From a virus, in IMG/VR virus record IMGVR_UViG_3300035703_000012, positions 1 to 64,000 of that record: a DNA stretch of 64,000 nt; one strand, 5' to 3'. The position numbers and the translations under genes were made by a program. The notes beneath the pieces were generated by a model, which was not told the origin of the DNA, made no database searches, and saw only the letters and a program-made list of their open reading frames with translations. Every line of letters begins with the position of its first letter. Position 1 is the stretch's first letter. Shown here piece by piece: positions 52,459 through 62,524 of this stretch.

Positions 52459-54282
52459 TTAAGCCAGCCGGATGCTGGCACGCAGCACGCGGTTGATGTT
52501 GAACTGGGTCTTGTCGTTCGGGTACAGCGGCTCGATGAAGATGTCGACGTAGCGCTGACCGGACGCCCGGACCGCCGGCGGGTTGTTGGAGTCGTTCGAG
52601 ACCGTGGGGTCGTAGCCCGCCAGCTGGCGGTTGGCCACCCGGTTGCCCAGGTAGGCGTCGATGCCCTGCTGGATGGTGGCATCCAGCGCCGCGTTGCTCG
52701 GCTCGGACTTGGTGAACTGGAAGTTGAAGAAGATGTCCGTGCGGATGGTGTCGTAGATGCGCCGCACGCAGTTCCAGTACCAGGCCGGGTCGCTGGCCGT
52801 CGTGCGGCCATTCAGGCAGTGGAACGCGCCCGAGACGGGGTCCGCGATGAGGGCCTCGCAGCGGTAGCGCGTGATGTCGTTCCAGGCGCTGACGGTGGCC
52901 GGGGTGTCGAGCTCGGTGATGCCCTTGATGGTGGGCGAGCTGGTGCGGGCCGCCGTGGAGATGTGCGCCGGCGTCACGACGCAGTGGCCGGCGTAGAGGG
53001 CCGCCGGATCCACCGAGAAGCGGCGCGCTTTGGTCTGGCGGGCGCTGGAGCCCCAGCCCACCACCATGACCGTGCGCTGCGAGTCGGGGATGCGGGAGGC
53101 CGCCCGCAGGCCCGGCAGGTCCGCCTGGGTGGTGCCGCGCGGCGCGGAGAGGATGGCCTGGCGCAGGCCCACCATCTCGCCCATCTCGGCATCGCCCGCC
53201 TCGGCCTGGGCGACCAGCGTGGCGTTGAGCGCCCACTGGTCGACGCCGTCGGGCTTGAGGCCCGGGCAGATGATAAAGGTGGCCTGGATGGCCTTGTAGG
53301 CGTCGATGGCGCGGATGAAGTCCTCGGTCGTGAGCGTGGGGTCGCCGTCGTGGCCGCCCGTGAAGCTGAAGACGCCTTCCGTGAACTCCTGGCCGGCCTC
53401 GTCGAGGACCACACCCCGGGCGAGCATGGAGGAGCGCAGCGGCGCGAACTTGTCCTCGTCGTAGACGTCAGCCAGCGAGAGCTCCGAGAAGGTCTCGGTG
53501 ATGCCGCGCTCGGCGTTGGTGAGGATCAAGGAGAACTTGTCGGCGTCGAGCGAGCGCACGACCTCGACCTTGGTGTTGCCGTTGGCGGCCGTGCCGGGCG
53601 AGAGCTCGACCAGGCGCAGCACGTCGGTGAGCACACCGCCGACCTTGGCCTGGAGGGTGACCTGGGCCGACTGGGGCGCATCGAAGCCGCCTTCCAGCTC
53701 GGCGTCGGCCGGCACCGTCAGGCCCGTGTGGCCCGAGACCGAGAGGCCCACCACGATGTCGTTGCCGGCATCACCCGCCTCGGCGGCGGTGAAGACGATG
53801 CTGCCCGTCGTGCCGGAAGCGGTGCCCACGGCCGCCGTGAAGGGCAGACCGTCGGTGTCGGCGACGAGGGCCACCAGGTCTGCGACGATCTCGCTGGCTG
53901 TCTTGCCCGTGAAGTCGGTGTCCGAGACCAGGGTCGTGGCGACGCCGCCCGCGACCGCGTACTCGACGCCGATGCTGCCGTCCCCCGCGGCGGTGCCGAC
54001 GAGCTGCAACGTGACCTTGGCCTTGCGGGCGGCGGGCAGCACGCGCGAGATCAAGATGTCGTTGACGCCCTGGTCGAGCACGGCCTGCATGTGCACGGAG
54101 CCCACGGAGGTGTCGGCCCCGAAGAGCTTCAGGGCGTCGTTGGCGTCCGCCACCGTCACGCCCGCGGGCCCGTAGCGGAACACCCCGGCCAGCGCCACCC
54201 GATCGACGGTGGCCGGCCGCACGGGCCGAGGGCCCACGTTGCCCTCGAAGAAGCTGAAGCTGGGGAACAGCTGGAAAGCCAT
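52459..54282 (-). CDS. tail sheath protein
   Basis: 607 aa. The C-terminal conserved half contains VGWG...SVDPAALYAGH...AWNDITRYRCEALI...NGRT....PAWYWNCVRRIYD. Confidence 0.9.
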   Translation of the reverse strand: MAFQLFPSFSFFEGNVGPRPVRPATVDRVALAGVFRYGPAGVTVADANDALKLFGADTSVGSVHMQAVLDQGVNDILISRVLPAARKAKVTLQLVGTAAGDGSIGVEYAVAGGVATTLVSDTDFTGKTASEIVADLVALVADTDGLPFTAAVGTASGTTGSIVFTAAEAGDAGNDIVVGLSVSGHTGLTVPADAELEGGFDAPQSAQVTLQAKVGGVLTDVLRLVELSPGTAANGNTKVEVVRSLDADKFSLILTNAERGITETFSELSLADVYDEDKFAPLRSSMLARGVVLDEAGQEFTEGVFSFTGGHDGDPTLTTEDFIRAIDAYKAIQATFIICPGLKPDGVDQWALNATLVAQAEAGDAEMGEMVGLRQAILSAPRGTTQADLPGLRAASRIPDSQRTVMVVGWGSSARQTKARRFSVDPAALYAGHCVVTPAHISTAARTSSPTIKGITELDTPATVSAWNDITRYRCEALIADPVSGAFHCLNGRTTASDPAWYWNCVRRIYDTIRTDIFFNFQFTKSEPSNAALDATIQQGIDAYLGNRVANRQLAGYDPTVSNDSNNPPAVRASGQRYVDIFIEPLYPNDKTQFNINRVLRASIRLA

Positions 54283-54300
54283 AGAACCAAGTCCTCCGTG

Positions 54301-55458
54301 TCAGATTTCAAAGGTGTCCCTGAGCTCCAGGGCGTTGGCGTCGTAGATGTTGACCAGGCCTGCCTTGAGCGGCAGCAGCTCTGCGGATGGGGAAAGGGGC
54401 GCACCCGTCGTCGGGTTCTTGATGGTTCCTGTGCCGGGGTCGTAGGTGACGGGGGTGCCGTCCGGGAGCTGGGTGACGATCGTGCCGGTGCAGGTCTGCA
54501 GCTGGTTCGTCGTCTGGTTGAAGAACAGGTTCTGGTTGCCTGCGAGCACGCCGACGATCAGGAGGTTCTGGTCGATCCACACCTTGGCGGGGGTCTGCGT
54601 CGTATCCTGCTTTTCGGCGTTCGTCAGCGGGGTGCCGTCCAGCTTGGTGAGCTGCTTGGTGTCGGGGTTGTAGGTAACGGTCAGCCCTTGCGGCGTGGTC
54701 CGCAGCGGAAAGCCCTCGAGGGTGACCAGGAAGCCGGAGAAGGTGTCCCAGTAGATGGGGAAGCAGTCCCGGGTGCGCACCCCGACGTACAGCCAGCTGC
54801 TCGTCGGGCTCGTGTTGGGAAGCGCGATGCGTTGCGGAATCTCCCGCCAGTTGCGTGGGGCGTAGAGCTCGATTTGCCAGAGCAGCGCGGCCTGGTGGAA
54901 GACCAGGTTCTCGCCCCCCTTGGTGGAGCCGGGGCTGGCGTTCCAGGTGGAGGTCCGGAAGCTGCCCCAGTTCACCGTCGAGTTCTTCACCAAGCCTGCC
55001 AGATTCCCGACGGGATTAGTGAGCAAGATTGCCCGCAGGATGGTCAGCCAACGGTGCAGCGCCCGTTCCTGCTTGCTGCGCTCGATCACGACCTTGTTGG
55101 GCGGCGGCTCAAGGTCCATCTTGCTGCGCTGCGTGCCCTGGGCCTGGAGCTTGACCACCAGCGAAAGCCGGCAGCGGTCGAAGCCCTCGGTGGCGCCGCC
55201 CAGGGTGTAGGGCTCGTAGACCAGCGCGGCGTTCTGCGAGGCAATCGACTCGTTGGAGGCGCCCTGGTAGCTGTAGGGGAAGATGCTGAGCGTCAGGCCG
55301 TTGGGGTTGGAGATGAAGCCGTCGAAGTCGCGGATGTGGTTGATGCGGATCGGCTTGCTCTCTTCGTTGAGCACAATGGGGTCGCGGAACAGCGGGTGGT
55401 TCGCGATCATCAGGATCGCGCGCTCGATGACCTCGTCGACCGTCAAGAAGGGAATCAT
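54301..55458 (-). CDS. virion (neck/tail-completion position) protein
   Basis: 385 aa from the ATG that overlaps the upstream stop (ATGA). Confidence 0.55.
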   Translation of the reverse strand: MIPFLTVDEVIERAILMIANHPLFRDPIVLNEESKPIRINHIRDFDGFISNPNGLTLSIFPYSYQGASNESIASQNAALVYEPYTLGGATEGFDRCRLSLVVKLQAQGTQRSKMDLEPPPNKVVIERSKQERALHRWLTILRAILLTNPVGNLAGLVKNSTVNWGSFRTSTWNASPGSTKGGENLVFHQAALLWQIELYAPRNWREIPQRIALPNTSPTSSWLYVGVRTRDCFPIYWDTFSGFLVTLEGFPLRTTPQGLTVTYNPDTKQLTKLDGTPLTNAEKQDTTQTPAKVWIDQNLLIVGVLAGNQNLFFNQTTNQLQTCTGTIVTQLPDGTPVTYDPGTGTIKNPTTGAPLSPSAELLPLKAGLVNIYDANALELRDTFEI

Positions 55459-57011
55459 CGGCCGAACTTGCCCCACTTCTCGAGCATCGACCGCAGCCGC
55501 GGGCTCGGCTCGTAGGTCGACACCCGGGCGTCGCCTTGCTGCTGCGCCGGCGTGCCGGGAGCGGCGCTGGAGGTCGGCTTGTTGACCGTCGCCTTGATGA
55601 CGACGCTCTTGGGAGCGTCATCCCAGACAGGCTCCGTGAAGGTGCTGCGCTGCACGACGGCGAAGACCACCTCACCGGGCACGTCGACGATGGTCATGAC
55701 GAACTGCGTCACGCTGCTCTCGAGCGCGTAGGCCACGATCTCCAGCGCAGGGCTGTTCTCGGGCGAGCCCTGGCGGGTGATGACGGCGCTGGGACGCACG
55801 GCCCCGAGCACGCGCTGCGTCCCCACGAGCCCCGCCATGTGCACGGCCAGCATGTGGGCCAGATCCGTCGCGTTGGCGCCCGCGGGGATGGCCAGGGTCT
55901 GCTCGGACAGCTCGTTGACGCGGTACGTGAGGCTGCCCGGGACGGTGGTGAGGCCGTCCGGCGCCGTCACCTGGAAGAAGAACGCGTCCGAGACGGGCTT
56001 GGTGCTGGTGCTGTCCGTCAGGCTGGTGGTCTTGCCCTGCTGAAGGTCCGCCGCGATGGCATGGGGGCCCGAGCGCGTCAGCCGCAGCAGCTGGCCGCTC
56101 ACGCCGTAGAGCAGCCCTGCCACGCCGGGCTTCCAGACGCCGCCGTCCAGGTGCTCCAGGTAGACAGTCGCCACCAGCAGGTCCTGGGCGGCGTCGTACT
56201 GGCGCGGCAGCAGCGTCAGGCCCGCCCCGCTCGTGACCAGTGTGACGCCCGTGCCGTCGGGAAAGTCGGGGTGCGTGCGCCAGACCTTGCCCGGCCACAG
56301 GCTGCGCTCGGCCACCGCGAGGTTGCAGTTGGGGCGATCGCCCTCGGGCAGGCTCTCGAACCCGGTGAGCAGCTTGCTGGCAACCGCAATCGGTGTGTCG
56401 CCCGCGGCGATGGCCGCCATCAGCTCCTGGCCGTTGATAACCAGCCGGATGCGGCCCGCCTGGGTGGCGCCCGACTGCGGCGCGAGGGTGCGGTCGGTGG
56501 AATCCAGCGTGGCGTCGTCGCCGTCGAGCGCCAGGTACAGCGTCATCGGGGCCGCGGCCTGCGCCTGGGCCGTCTGACCTTGCAGGACGTCCGCGACGGC
56601 GGTCTTGAGCACGGGCGAGCGCACCAGCCGGTCGAGGTCGGCCATGGCCTGCTTCTCGAGGAAGCTCGCGGCCTTCTGCTGGCTGTCGAGCACGGCGTAC
56701 TTGGAGAGCAGCAGCCAGTGCGCCACCAGGGCGGCCACGATGCGCGTGAGGGCCGGGGCCACGGAGGGCTGCAGCATCAGGTCGTCGACCAGGTCTTCGG
56801 CCTGGTCCGAGCTGGCGTTCTCCGTCAGCTCCTTGACCGTCGTGTAGAAGATGTGGGCGTTGGCGCCGTCGGTGGCCGTCAGGATGTAGAGCCGCACGCG
56901 CGGGCCCGCATGCAGGTTGACGCCGGCGTCGATCTCGGCGTCGGTGGCATCGAGCAGCAGCTCGGACAAGGACCGCACCATCGGGCGCAGCGTGGAGAGA
57001 TCGAAGCTCAC
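55455..57011 (-). CDS. virion structural protein
   Basis: 518-aa ORF lying between the head and tail modules. Confidence 0.6.
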   Translation of the reverse strand: MSFDLSTLRPMVRSLSELLLDATDAEIDAGVNLHAGPRVRLYILTATDGANAHIFYTTVKELTENASSDQAEDLVDDLMLQPSVAPALTRIVAALVAHWLLLSKYAVLDSQQKAASFLEKQAMADLDRLVRSPVLKTAVADVLQGQTAQAQAAAPMTLYLALDGDDATLDSTDRTLAPQSGATQAGRIRLVINGQELMAAIAAGDTPIAVASKLLTGFESLPEGDRPNCNLAVAERSLWPGKVWRTHPDFPDGTGVTLVTSGAGLTLLPRQYDAAQDLLVATVYLEHLDGGVWKPGVAGLLYGVSGQLLRLTRSGPHAIAADLQQGKTTSLTDSTSTKPVSDAFFFQVTAPDGLTTVPGSLTYRVNELSEQTLAIPAGANATDLAHMLAVHMAGLVGTQRVLGAVRPSAVITRQGSPENSPALEIVAYALESSVTQFVMTIVDVPGEVVFAVVQRSTFTEPVWDDAPKSVVIKATVNKPTSSAAPGTPAQQQGDARVSTYEPSPRLRSMLEKWGKFGR

Positions 57012-57069
57012 GAACGGGTCTCAAGCAAAACCCGGGGTCCCCCTTGCAGGCGACCCCGGGCAGCGGGAT

Positions 57070-57375
57070 TCAGCGCCGGCCGCGCCGGGCGGGCTTCTCG
57101 CCCTCTTCGGCGTCGGCCGCAGGCTCCTCCTGCGCAGGTGCGTCGTCGAGGACGACGGGCAGCTCCTCGACCGGCATCGGTGGGCCTTGCGGCACGCCGG
57201 GCTCGGGGGCGGGCTCCCAGATGGTCGGGTCGAGCGCCATCACGGGAAAACCCACCTCGAGGTCCGGCCGCAGCGCGTCCTCGACCTGGTGATCCGGAAG
57301 CTCCCGGAGGTCACCGGCGAGGAAACGCTCCCCGTCAGCGGAGGTGTGAGGAAACACCACACGCAGGATTGCCAT
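57070..57375 (-). CDS. hypothetical head-module protein with acidic Pro-rich tail
   Basis: 101-aa ORF. Confidence 0.5.
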   Translation of the reverse strand: MAILRVVFPHTSADGERFLAGDLRELPDHQVEDALRPDLEVGFPVMALDPTIWEPAPEPGVPQGPPMPVEELPVVLDDAPAQEEPAADAEEGEKPARRGRR

Positions 57376-57386
57376 GGTTCACTCCT

Positions 57387-57842
57387 TTACTGGTTCGCCA
57401 CCCGGCGGGTGCGACGCTTGGAACCGGCGCCGGCCTTCAGGCGGACGGCGTTGTCGATGTCGGCCGCAGCCACCTTGGTGTCGGCCCCGACGAGGACCTC
57501 GGCCAGCAGGAGCGAGCGCCCCTCCCGGACGGCGACGGAGCCGTTGATGGCCCGGCGCTCGGTGTCGGCTTCCTGGGAACCCACGGTGATGCGGGCCAGG
57601 GCGTTGCCGGCGGCATCCTTGGCGCCCGGGGCGTTCAGGAAGACCTGGTACAGGCCGGCCACGGCGGGCACGGCGATGTCGACGGCGGCTTCGGCCGGCT
57701 TGCGCTCGAAGCGCTCCCCGCCGACGATGGCGAGACCCGCCTGGACCACGATGTTGTTGTCGCCCGAGCCCTTGGCGACCATCATCCCGGCGTAAAGGCC
57801 GTCGTCGAGCCCCACGTGGGCGTTACCGTTGATCGGGTACAT
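57387..57842 (-). CDS. hypothetical head-associated protein (decoration position)
   Basis: ATG at 57842 follows AAGGAGAA. 151 aa. Confidence 0.55.
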   Translation of the reverse strand: MYPINGNAHVGLDDGLYAGMMVAKGSGDNNIVVQAGLAIVGGERFERKPAEAAVDIAVPAVAGLYQVFLNAPGAKDAAGNALARITVGSQEADTERRAINGSVAVREGRSLLLAEVLVGADTKVAAADIDNAVRLKAGAGSKRRTRRVANQ

Positions 57843-57863
57843 ATCGAGCTTCTCCTTGAAGCG

Positions 57864-57885
57864 GCGGGGAGGTCGCCCTCCCCGC
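57864..57885 (-). other. GC-rich 9-bp stem-loop downstream of the capsid gene
   Basis: GCGGGGAGG-TCGC-CCTCCCCGC. No U-tract follows. It may act as an mRNA stabiliser or attenuator. Confidence 0.45.
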
Positions 57886-57906
57886 ACAAGAGGTCACGCT
57901 GGGGGA

Positions 57907-59052
57907 CTAGACGATGTACTTGGAGCCGAGCACGCCCGTCAGGTCGGCCTTGTCGCAGGCGGTGACGAGGTGCACCCACCAGGGCTTGTACAGCACCGGC
58001 AGGCCCGACATGCCGACCTGCATCGTGAGGCCGGGGGGCAGGGTGGGATCGAGGAGGTTGTCCTCACGGACCTCGCCCGTGCGGACGAAGATGCCCGTGC
58101 CGCCCTGGAGGCCGTTCGGATGCTCGCCGCGGGTGACCACGGAGTAGCCGAGGCGCTGGGTGGGCAGCGAGGGGTGGCGCGCCGCGAAGAAGGCGATCTT
58201 GTTCACGGGCCACATGAACTGGCGCGTGAGGTTGCCCGCGACGTAGTCGTCCATCAGCATCTTGTGCACGACGAACTTCACGCCCGCGATCGTGTCGACC
58301 TTGCCGTCCGGACCCCAGGTGACCAAGCCGGTCGAGTACAGGCCGCTGGTGTTCCCGGGCAGGAACTGGCGGACCTGGGCGTTGCGGCTGATCATCTCGA
58401 GCATGGCCGCGCCGACCACCGCGTGGGTGGGGGCGTTCTTGCCTTCGAGCGTCATCATGTAGACGAGGCGCTGCACGTCATCGACGATCTTGGCGTTGGC
58501 GACGTCGTGCCACTTGGTGGAGCCGGCCATGGCGCCCGCGCCGATGGTGTAGAGGTTGCCAGCAGGGATGCCGGAGTTGGCGACGATGGAGACGCCCGAC
58601 TCCTGGTCCTGGTAGTTGATGCCGCCCGACATCAGCTGGGCGCGCAGCATCGCCATCATCAGGTTGGCCTGGTCGATGAGGTTCATGAGCCGGTTCTGGA
58701 CGAGGTCCATGCCGTACTCCTTCTGCATCTGGCCGGGCTGACGCAGGTGGTTGATGATCTCCATGTCGATGAAGTCACCGCGGCGGAAGTGGGCCGGCTT
58801 GAAGGTGAACTCCTTGGCCTTGGCGAAGGTGTTCAGCTTGTTGGGCATGCCGGGCTTGACCACGCCCATCAGGCGCAGCTCTTCTTCCGTCCACTCCACG
58901 CGCACGTCCTTCTCCTGGACGGCACGCTGGGGCAGGAACTCGACCAGCGGGTCCACCGACTGGATCTGCTGGATTTCCAGCGCGAACTCCGTCAGGTAGG
59001 TGTGGCCGAGCTCCAGGATGCCAAACGGCGGGGTGTAGTTGGTCAGACTCAT
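57907..59052 (-). CDS. major capsid protein (HK97-fold, gpE-like)
   Basis: 381 aa, positioned after the protease/scaffold gene. The composition and length are typical of a major capsid protein. Confidence 0.8.
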   Translation of the reverse strand: MSLTNYTPPFGILELGHTYLTEFALEIQQIQSVDPLVEFLPQRAVQEKDVRVEWTEEELRLMGVVKPGMPNKLNTFAKAKEFTFKPAHFRRGDFIDMEIINHLRQPGQMQKEYGMDLVQNRLMNLIDQANLMMAMLRAQLMSGGINYQDQESGVSIVANSGIPAGNLYTIGAGAMAGSTKWHDVANAKIVDDVQRLVYMMTLEGKNAPTHAVVGAAMLEMISRNAQVRQFLPGNTSGLYSTGLVTWGPDGKVDTIAGVKFVVHKMLMDDYVAGNLTRQFMWPVNKIAFFAARHPSLPTQRLGYSVVTRGEHPNGLQGGTGIFVRTGEVREDNLLDPTLPPGLTMQVGMSGLPVLYKPWWVHLVTACDKADLTGVLGSKYIV

Positions 59053-59087
59053 GGTGTGCGGTCTCCTCGAAGCGCCTGCGGCGGCTA

Positions 59088-60416
59088 CTACTTAGCAGCG
59101 GCCTGGGCCTTGAGGCCTTCGGTCCGCTTCAACCAGGGGTTAACGGAAAGGGGTTCGGTGACTTCCACCGTGCCGGCCTGCTCGAAGCTGACCTTGCCCG
59201 GGTGATCCGCCAGCAGCTCGAAGACGGCGTCGACGAGGCTCACTTGCTTGTCCGAGAGCATCAGGGTGTCGGCCTGACGGTGCAGGGCCTGGATGAGCTG
59301 CGAGGCCTTCTCGGCGGCGGCCGGGGGCACGCCCTGCGACACGACGGCCTTGACGCGATCCGAGAGCATCAGCGCGAACTCGCGCTCCTTGTAGGCCTGC
59401 TCCAGCTTCTGGGCCTCGGCGGCCTTCTCGGCCAGCGCGTCTTGCGCGGCCTTGAGCGCGGCTTCGGCGGCCATCAGCTTGGCCTGCAGCTCGGCGTCGG
59501 CCTCGGCGGCCTCTTCCAGTTCCTCTTCTTGCGCCTCGGCCTCGGGGGCCTCGGGCGTCTGCGGCTCCGCTTCCGGGGCCGGGGCCTCGGGCTGCTCGGC
59601 GTACTGCTCCTCGGCCGCGGGGGCCTCGGGCGCGGGCTGTGCGGCTTCGGGGGCCTCTGCCTCCGGCTGCTTCATCGGTTCGTCGGACATCTGGGCAGGC
59701 TCTCCTTGCTTCGACAGCACGTTCTCGATGCGCTGCATGAACTGCGCGAGCTGGTTCAGCGTGCGAACCAGCATGTTGGGCTGCTCCTCGGCCTCGGGGG
59801 CGGGCATCTCGGCCAGCTGCTCCGGCTCGGCCAGCTGCTCCGGCTCGGGCGTCTCGTCGGCCGCGGCCGGCGGAGGCGCTTGCAGGTCTTCGGGGTCCTT
59901 CATCATGGCAAGGGTTTCCAGCTCGATGGGGAACGCCAGCGGCTCGAGGTCGTCGCTCAGGCTAATTGCCAAGTTATCCGCTTGCACCACGAGGTTTCTG
60001 GGCAACCAGGGCACGGACGGCGCGTTGGTCAGGGCCACGCCCAGCAGCAGCCGACCGAGCGGGGCGTTGGTCTCGCGATCGCGGGCGTTCTTCAAGAACT
60101 CGGCCGAGCTGTAGCGGTAGTGTCCCTGCGCGATCTCATCGAGCACCTCGGCCGTGATGGGCTTGAAGTAGCCCCAGAGGATCTCGCCTTCCTGCTCCAT
60201 GTGCACGCAGTAGGCCAGCGCGCGCTCGCCCTGGAACACGCCCGGCCCGCGCTCGTGGTGGCCGTAGCGCACGTAGGGCTCGTAACCCCGGGCGTTGCGC
60301 TCGAAGTTGCGCTGGATGTCGTCGAGGTCCGCCTGGCTGAAGCTGATGACGCCCAGGGTTTCGTGAAACCAGGAGCCGCGCTTCGCCACCGGAAGCTTGA
60401 GGAGCTTGCTGAGCAT
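59088..60416 (-). CDS. Mu-I-like prohead protease fused to acidic scaffold
   Basis: N-terminus YVRYGHHERG...GVALTNAPSVP, then a low-complexity E/A/P-rich segment and a coiled coil. Confidence 0.65.
   Translation of the reverse strand: MLSKLLKLPVAKRGSWFHETLGVISFSQADLDDIQRNFERNARGYEPYVRYGHHERGPGVFQGERALAYCVHMEQEGEILWGYFKPITAEVLDEIAQGHYRYSSAEFLKNARDRETNAPLGRLLLGVALTNAPSVPWLPRNLVVQADNLAISLSDDLEPLAFPIELETLAMMKDPEDLQAPPPAAADETPEPEQLAEPEQLAEMPAPEAEEQPNMLVRTLNQLAQFMQRIENVLSKQGEPAQMSDEPMKQPEAEAPEAAQPAPEAPAAEEQYAEQPEAPAPEAEPQTPEAPEAEAQEEELEEAAEADAELQAKLMAAEAALKAAQDALAEKAAEAQKLEQAYKEREFALMLSDRVKAVVSQGVPPAAAEKASQLIQALHRQADTLMLSDKQVSLVDAVFELLADHPGKVSFEQAGTVEVTEPLSVNPWLKRTEGLKAQAAAK
59808..59843. repeat. 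perfect 18-bp tandem duplication in the scaffold linker
   Basis: CTCGGCCAGCTGCTCCGG x2, encoding PEQLAEPEQLAE. Confidence 0.85.
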
Positions 60417-60467
60417 GCTTTCACGCTAGCAAAACGCCGCCGGGCTTTCTGGGCAACCGGGCCAGGA

Positions 60468-60749
60468 TCAAAGCAGGTCGCTGTTTTCCGGGTTCCGCAG
60501 CAGCCGCTCGCGGACCCGCTCGACGTTGTCGACGCAGATGCGCGTCACGGCCGCGATGGGGTAGACGTAGGTGCCCGTCCAGGTCTCCTCGTCGTCGTCG
60601 AGCACCTCGAAGGTGAAGGTGGCGCCGTGCACGCCCAGCACCCGCGCGTAGACCAGGTCCTCGTAGACCTCGAGCAGCAGCACGCGCTCGCACCGGGCGG
60701 CCGCCTTGAGCTGCGCACGCATCGACCACAGCGTCCAGAACTCCAGCAC
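60468..60749 (-). CDS. hypothetical protein
   Basis: 93-aa ORF lying between the portal and protease genes. Confidence 0.5.
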   Translation of the reverse strand: MLEFWTLWSMRAQLKAAARCERVLLLEVYEDLVYARVLGVHGATFTFEVLDDDEETWTGTYVYPIAAVTRICVDNVERVRERLLRNPENSDLL

Positions 60750-60832
60750 GGGACTTCCTCCGGCATCGCACCGGAAGCCAAGCTAACACGGACGTGTTCT
60801 GGCTTTCTGGGGAAGTTGGCTAGCTGGGCCGG

Positions 60833-62524
60833 TTAGGCGCGTTTGGCCTGCTTTGCCAGCTTGTCGTTGGGGTCCTGGTTGGCGTAGTAGTCCGGCGGCT
60901 GGTTGTCCTGGCTCTCCGCCCGGATGCGAGCCTCGCGGGCCGCGTCGGCGTCGGCCTTCTGCTTTTTGGCCTGCTCCTTGAGCTTGAGCTGGGCGACGGC
61001 CAGCTGGGTGTCGGCCGCGCGCTGGGAGCTCTCGTCTTGCTGGGCCGCCATGATCTCGGCCTGGGCGATGGTCGCGTCGTGCCGGATCTCCGCGATCTTG
61101 ACCTTGTCGACGTCGTGGCGGCGCTTGGCCTCCATAAGGCTCTTGTTGTTGCGCAGGCGCGCCGCCATCGTGTCCTCCGAGGCCTGGTCGAAGCCGAGCT
61201 GGGCGCGGGCCATCTGCAGGTCCTCGGCGATGGAGAAATCCAGCACGCCCTGCTCGTTGGCCAGCGCGAAGGTCTTCATGATGGTGTCGGCCGCGGAGAT
61301 GTCGAAGGGCTTGAAGGCGAACTTGCCGGGGTCTTCCAGCCCGAAGTTGAGGTAGAGCAGATCGCCGAGCAGCTGCTGGGTGAAGGGCTCCACGAAGTCC
61401 TTGTGCAGGCTCACGATGAGCTGCTTGTAGGTCTCGGCGTGCACCTTGGCGATGGTGCCGGCCGAAAGCCCCCCGTCGTGCTCCAGGAACAGCAGCGGCG
61501 GCACGCCCAGCCCCACCATGATGTCGCGGTAAAGCTTGGCGATGGTCTGGTGGAACGCCTCGGCGAAGTTGTTGAAGCTGCTGATGTTCTGGATGCGCAC
61601 CTTCGGGTCGCCCGGCAGGCCCACCGGTTCCTCGATCACCAGCCCGTTGGAGACGGAGAGCTGCCCCATCTGCTCGGCCACCTTCTGCGCCAGGCTCTTG
61701 AAGGCCGAGCCTCCGCCCGGCAGGTTCACGACCTCGGCGGTCGTGGCCCGCGGCACGATGGCGGCCACCTGGGGGCTGCCGTAGCGCTCGGTGGTGATCA
61801 TGAGGTTCTTCCAGGTCTCGTAGAGCATCTCGATGCGCTGCCAGACCGAGGCCAGGCGGCTCTCGCCCATGTGGTTGCCGTGGCGCCCGCCGTGGTGCAC
61901 GTAGACCAGCTTCTTCATCGGCAGCCGCACGTACTCGACGGCCGTGCCGCTGACGTTGACCAGGGCCTTGCGGTCGAGCGGGCTCTTGAACACGCCGTTC
62001 ATGGGCAGCCGCTGCCAGATGCCCGTCTTGCGGATGAGCTGGTGCGCGGCGTCCGCCTTGTTCTCCGTGAGGCGCCCCGCCTTGTCGGGCACGACGTAGA
62101 GGCTGATGGGGTGGTAGTTGACCAGCGCCTGCAGCCAGATGCGGTTGCCCTCCGCGTAGTAGAGCTTCTCGGACACGCCGAAGCCCGACCACAGGCTCGA
62201 GACGATGAGCTCCCAAAGGGCCTGGCGCAAGGTGCCCTCCATGCGCATGTCGAGCTCCGCCACGTAGGCGACGGCGCGGGGGTCCTCGTGGAGGTAGGCC
62301 CCCAGGCTCGCGATCATGGTGTCGGCGATGAAGTTGAGGCAGGTGTGCACGTAGGGGTCGTTGCGGTAGACGCCCTCGTAGTCCTGCAGATAGCCCCGCT
62401 CGGGGCTGTCGTAGTAGTTGCCGCGCGTGTGCTGCGCCCCGCGGGTGAGGGTTGACCCCACCAGCGCCTTCGAGCCGTACGGCACGCGATCCACGGGCTT
62501 GCGACGTCTAGCCATCGGCGGCAC
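60833..62524 (-). CDS. portal protein
   Basis: 563 aa, upstream of the protease/scaffold and capsid genes, with a C-terminal charged coiled coil. An alternative start lies at 62515. Confidence 0.75.
   Translation of the reverse strand: MPPMARRRKPVDRVPYGSKALVGSTLTRGAQHTRGNYYDSPERGYLQDYEGVYRNDPYVHTCLNFIADTMIASLGAYLHEDPRAVAYVAELDMRMEGTLRQALWELIVSSLWSGFGVSEKLYYAEGNRIWLQALVNYHPISLYVVPDKAGRLTENKADAAHQLIRKTGIWQRLPMNGVFKSPLDRKALVNVSGTAVEYVRLPMKKLVYVHHGGRHGNHMGESRLASVWQRIEMLYETWKNLMITTERYGSPQVAAIVPRATTAEVVNLPGGGSAFKSLAQKVAEQMGQLSVSNGLVIEEPVGLPGDPKVRIQNISSFNNFAEAFHQTIAKLYRDIMVGLGVPPLLFLEHDGGLSAGTIAKVHAETYKQLIVSLHKDFVEPFTQQLLGDLLYLNFGLEDPGKFAFKPFDISAADTIMKTFALANEQGVLDFSIAEDLQMARAQLGFDQASEDTMAARLRNNKSLMEAKRRHDVDKVKIAEIRHDATIAQAEIMAAQQDESSQRAADTQLAVAQLKLKEQAKKQKADADAAREARIRAESQDNQPPDYYANQDPNDKLAKQAKRA

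Noticed and set aside
36623-57011. Sheath, two tube paralogues, gp25-like and J-like genes could indicate a tailocin or extracellular contractile injection system rather than a phage.
   Set aside because: The same co-directional block also carries portal, protease/scaffold, major capsid and large terminase genes. A complete myovirus-type virion is the simpler reading.
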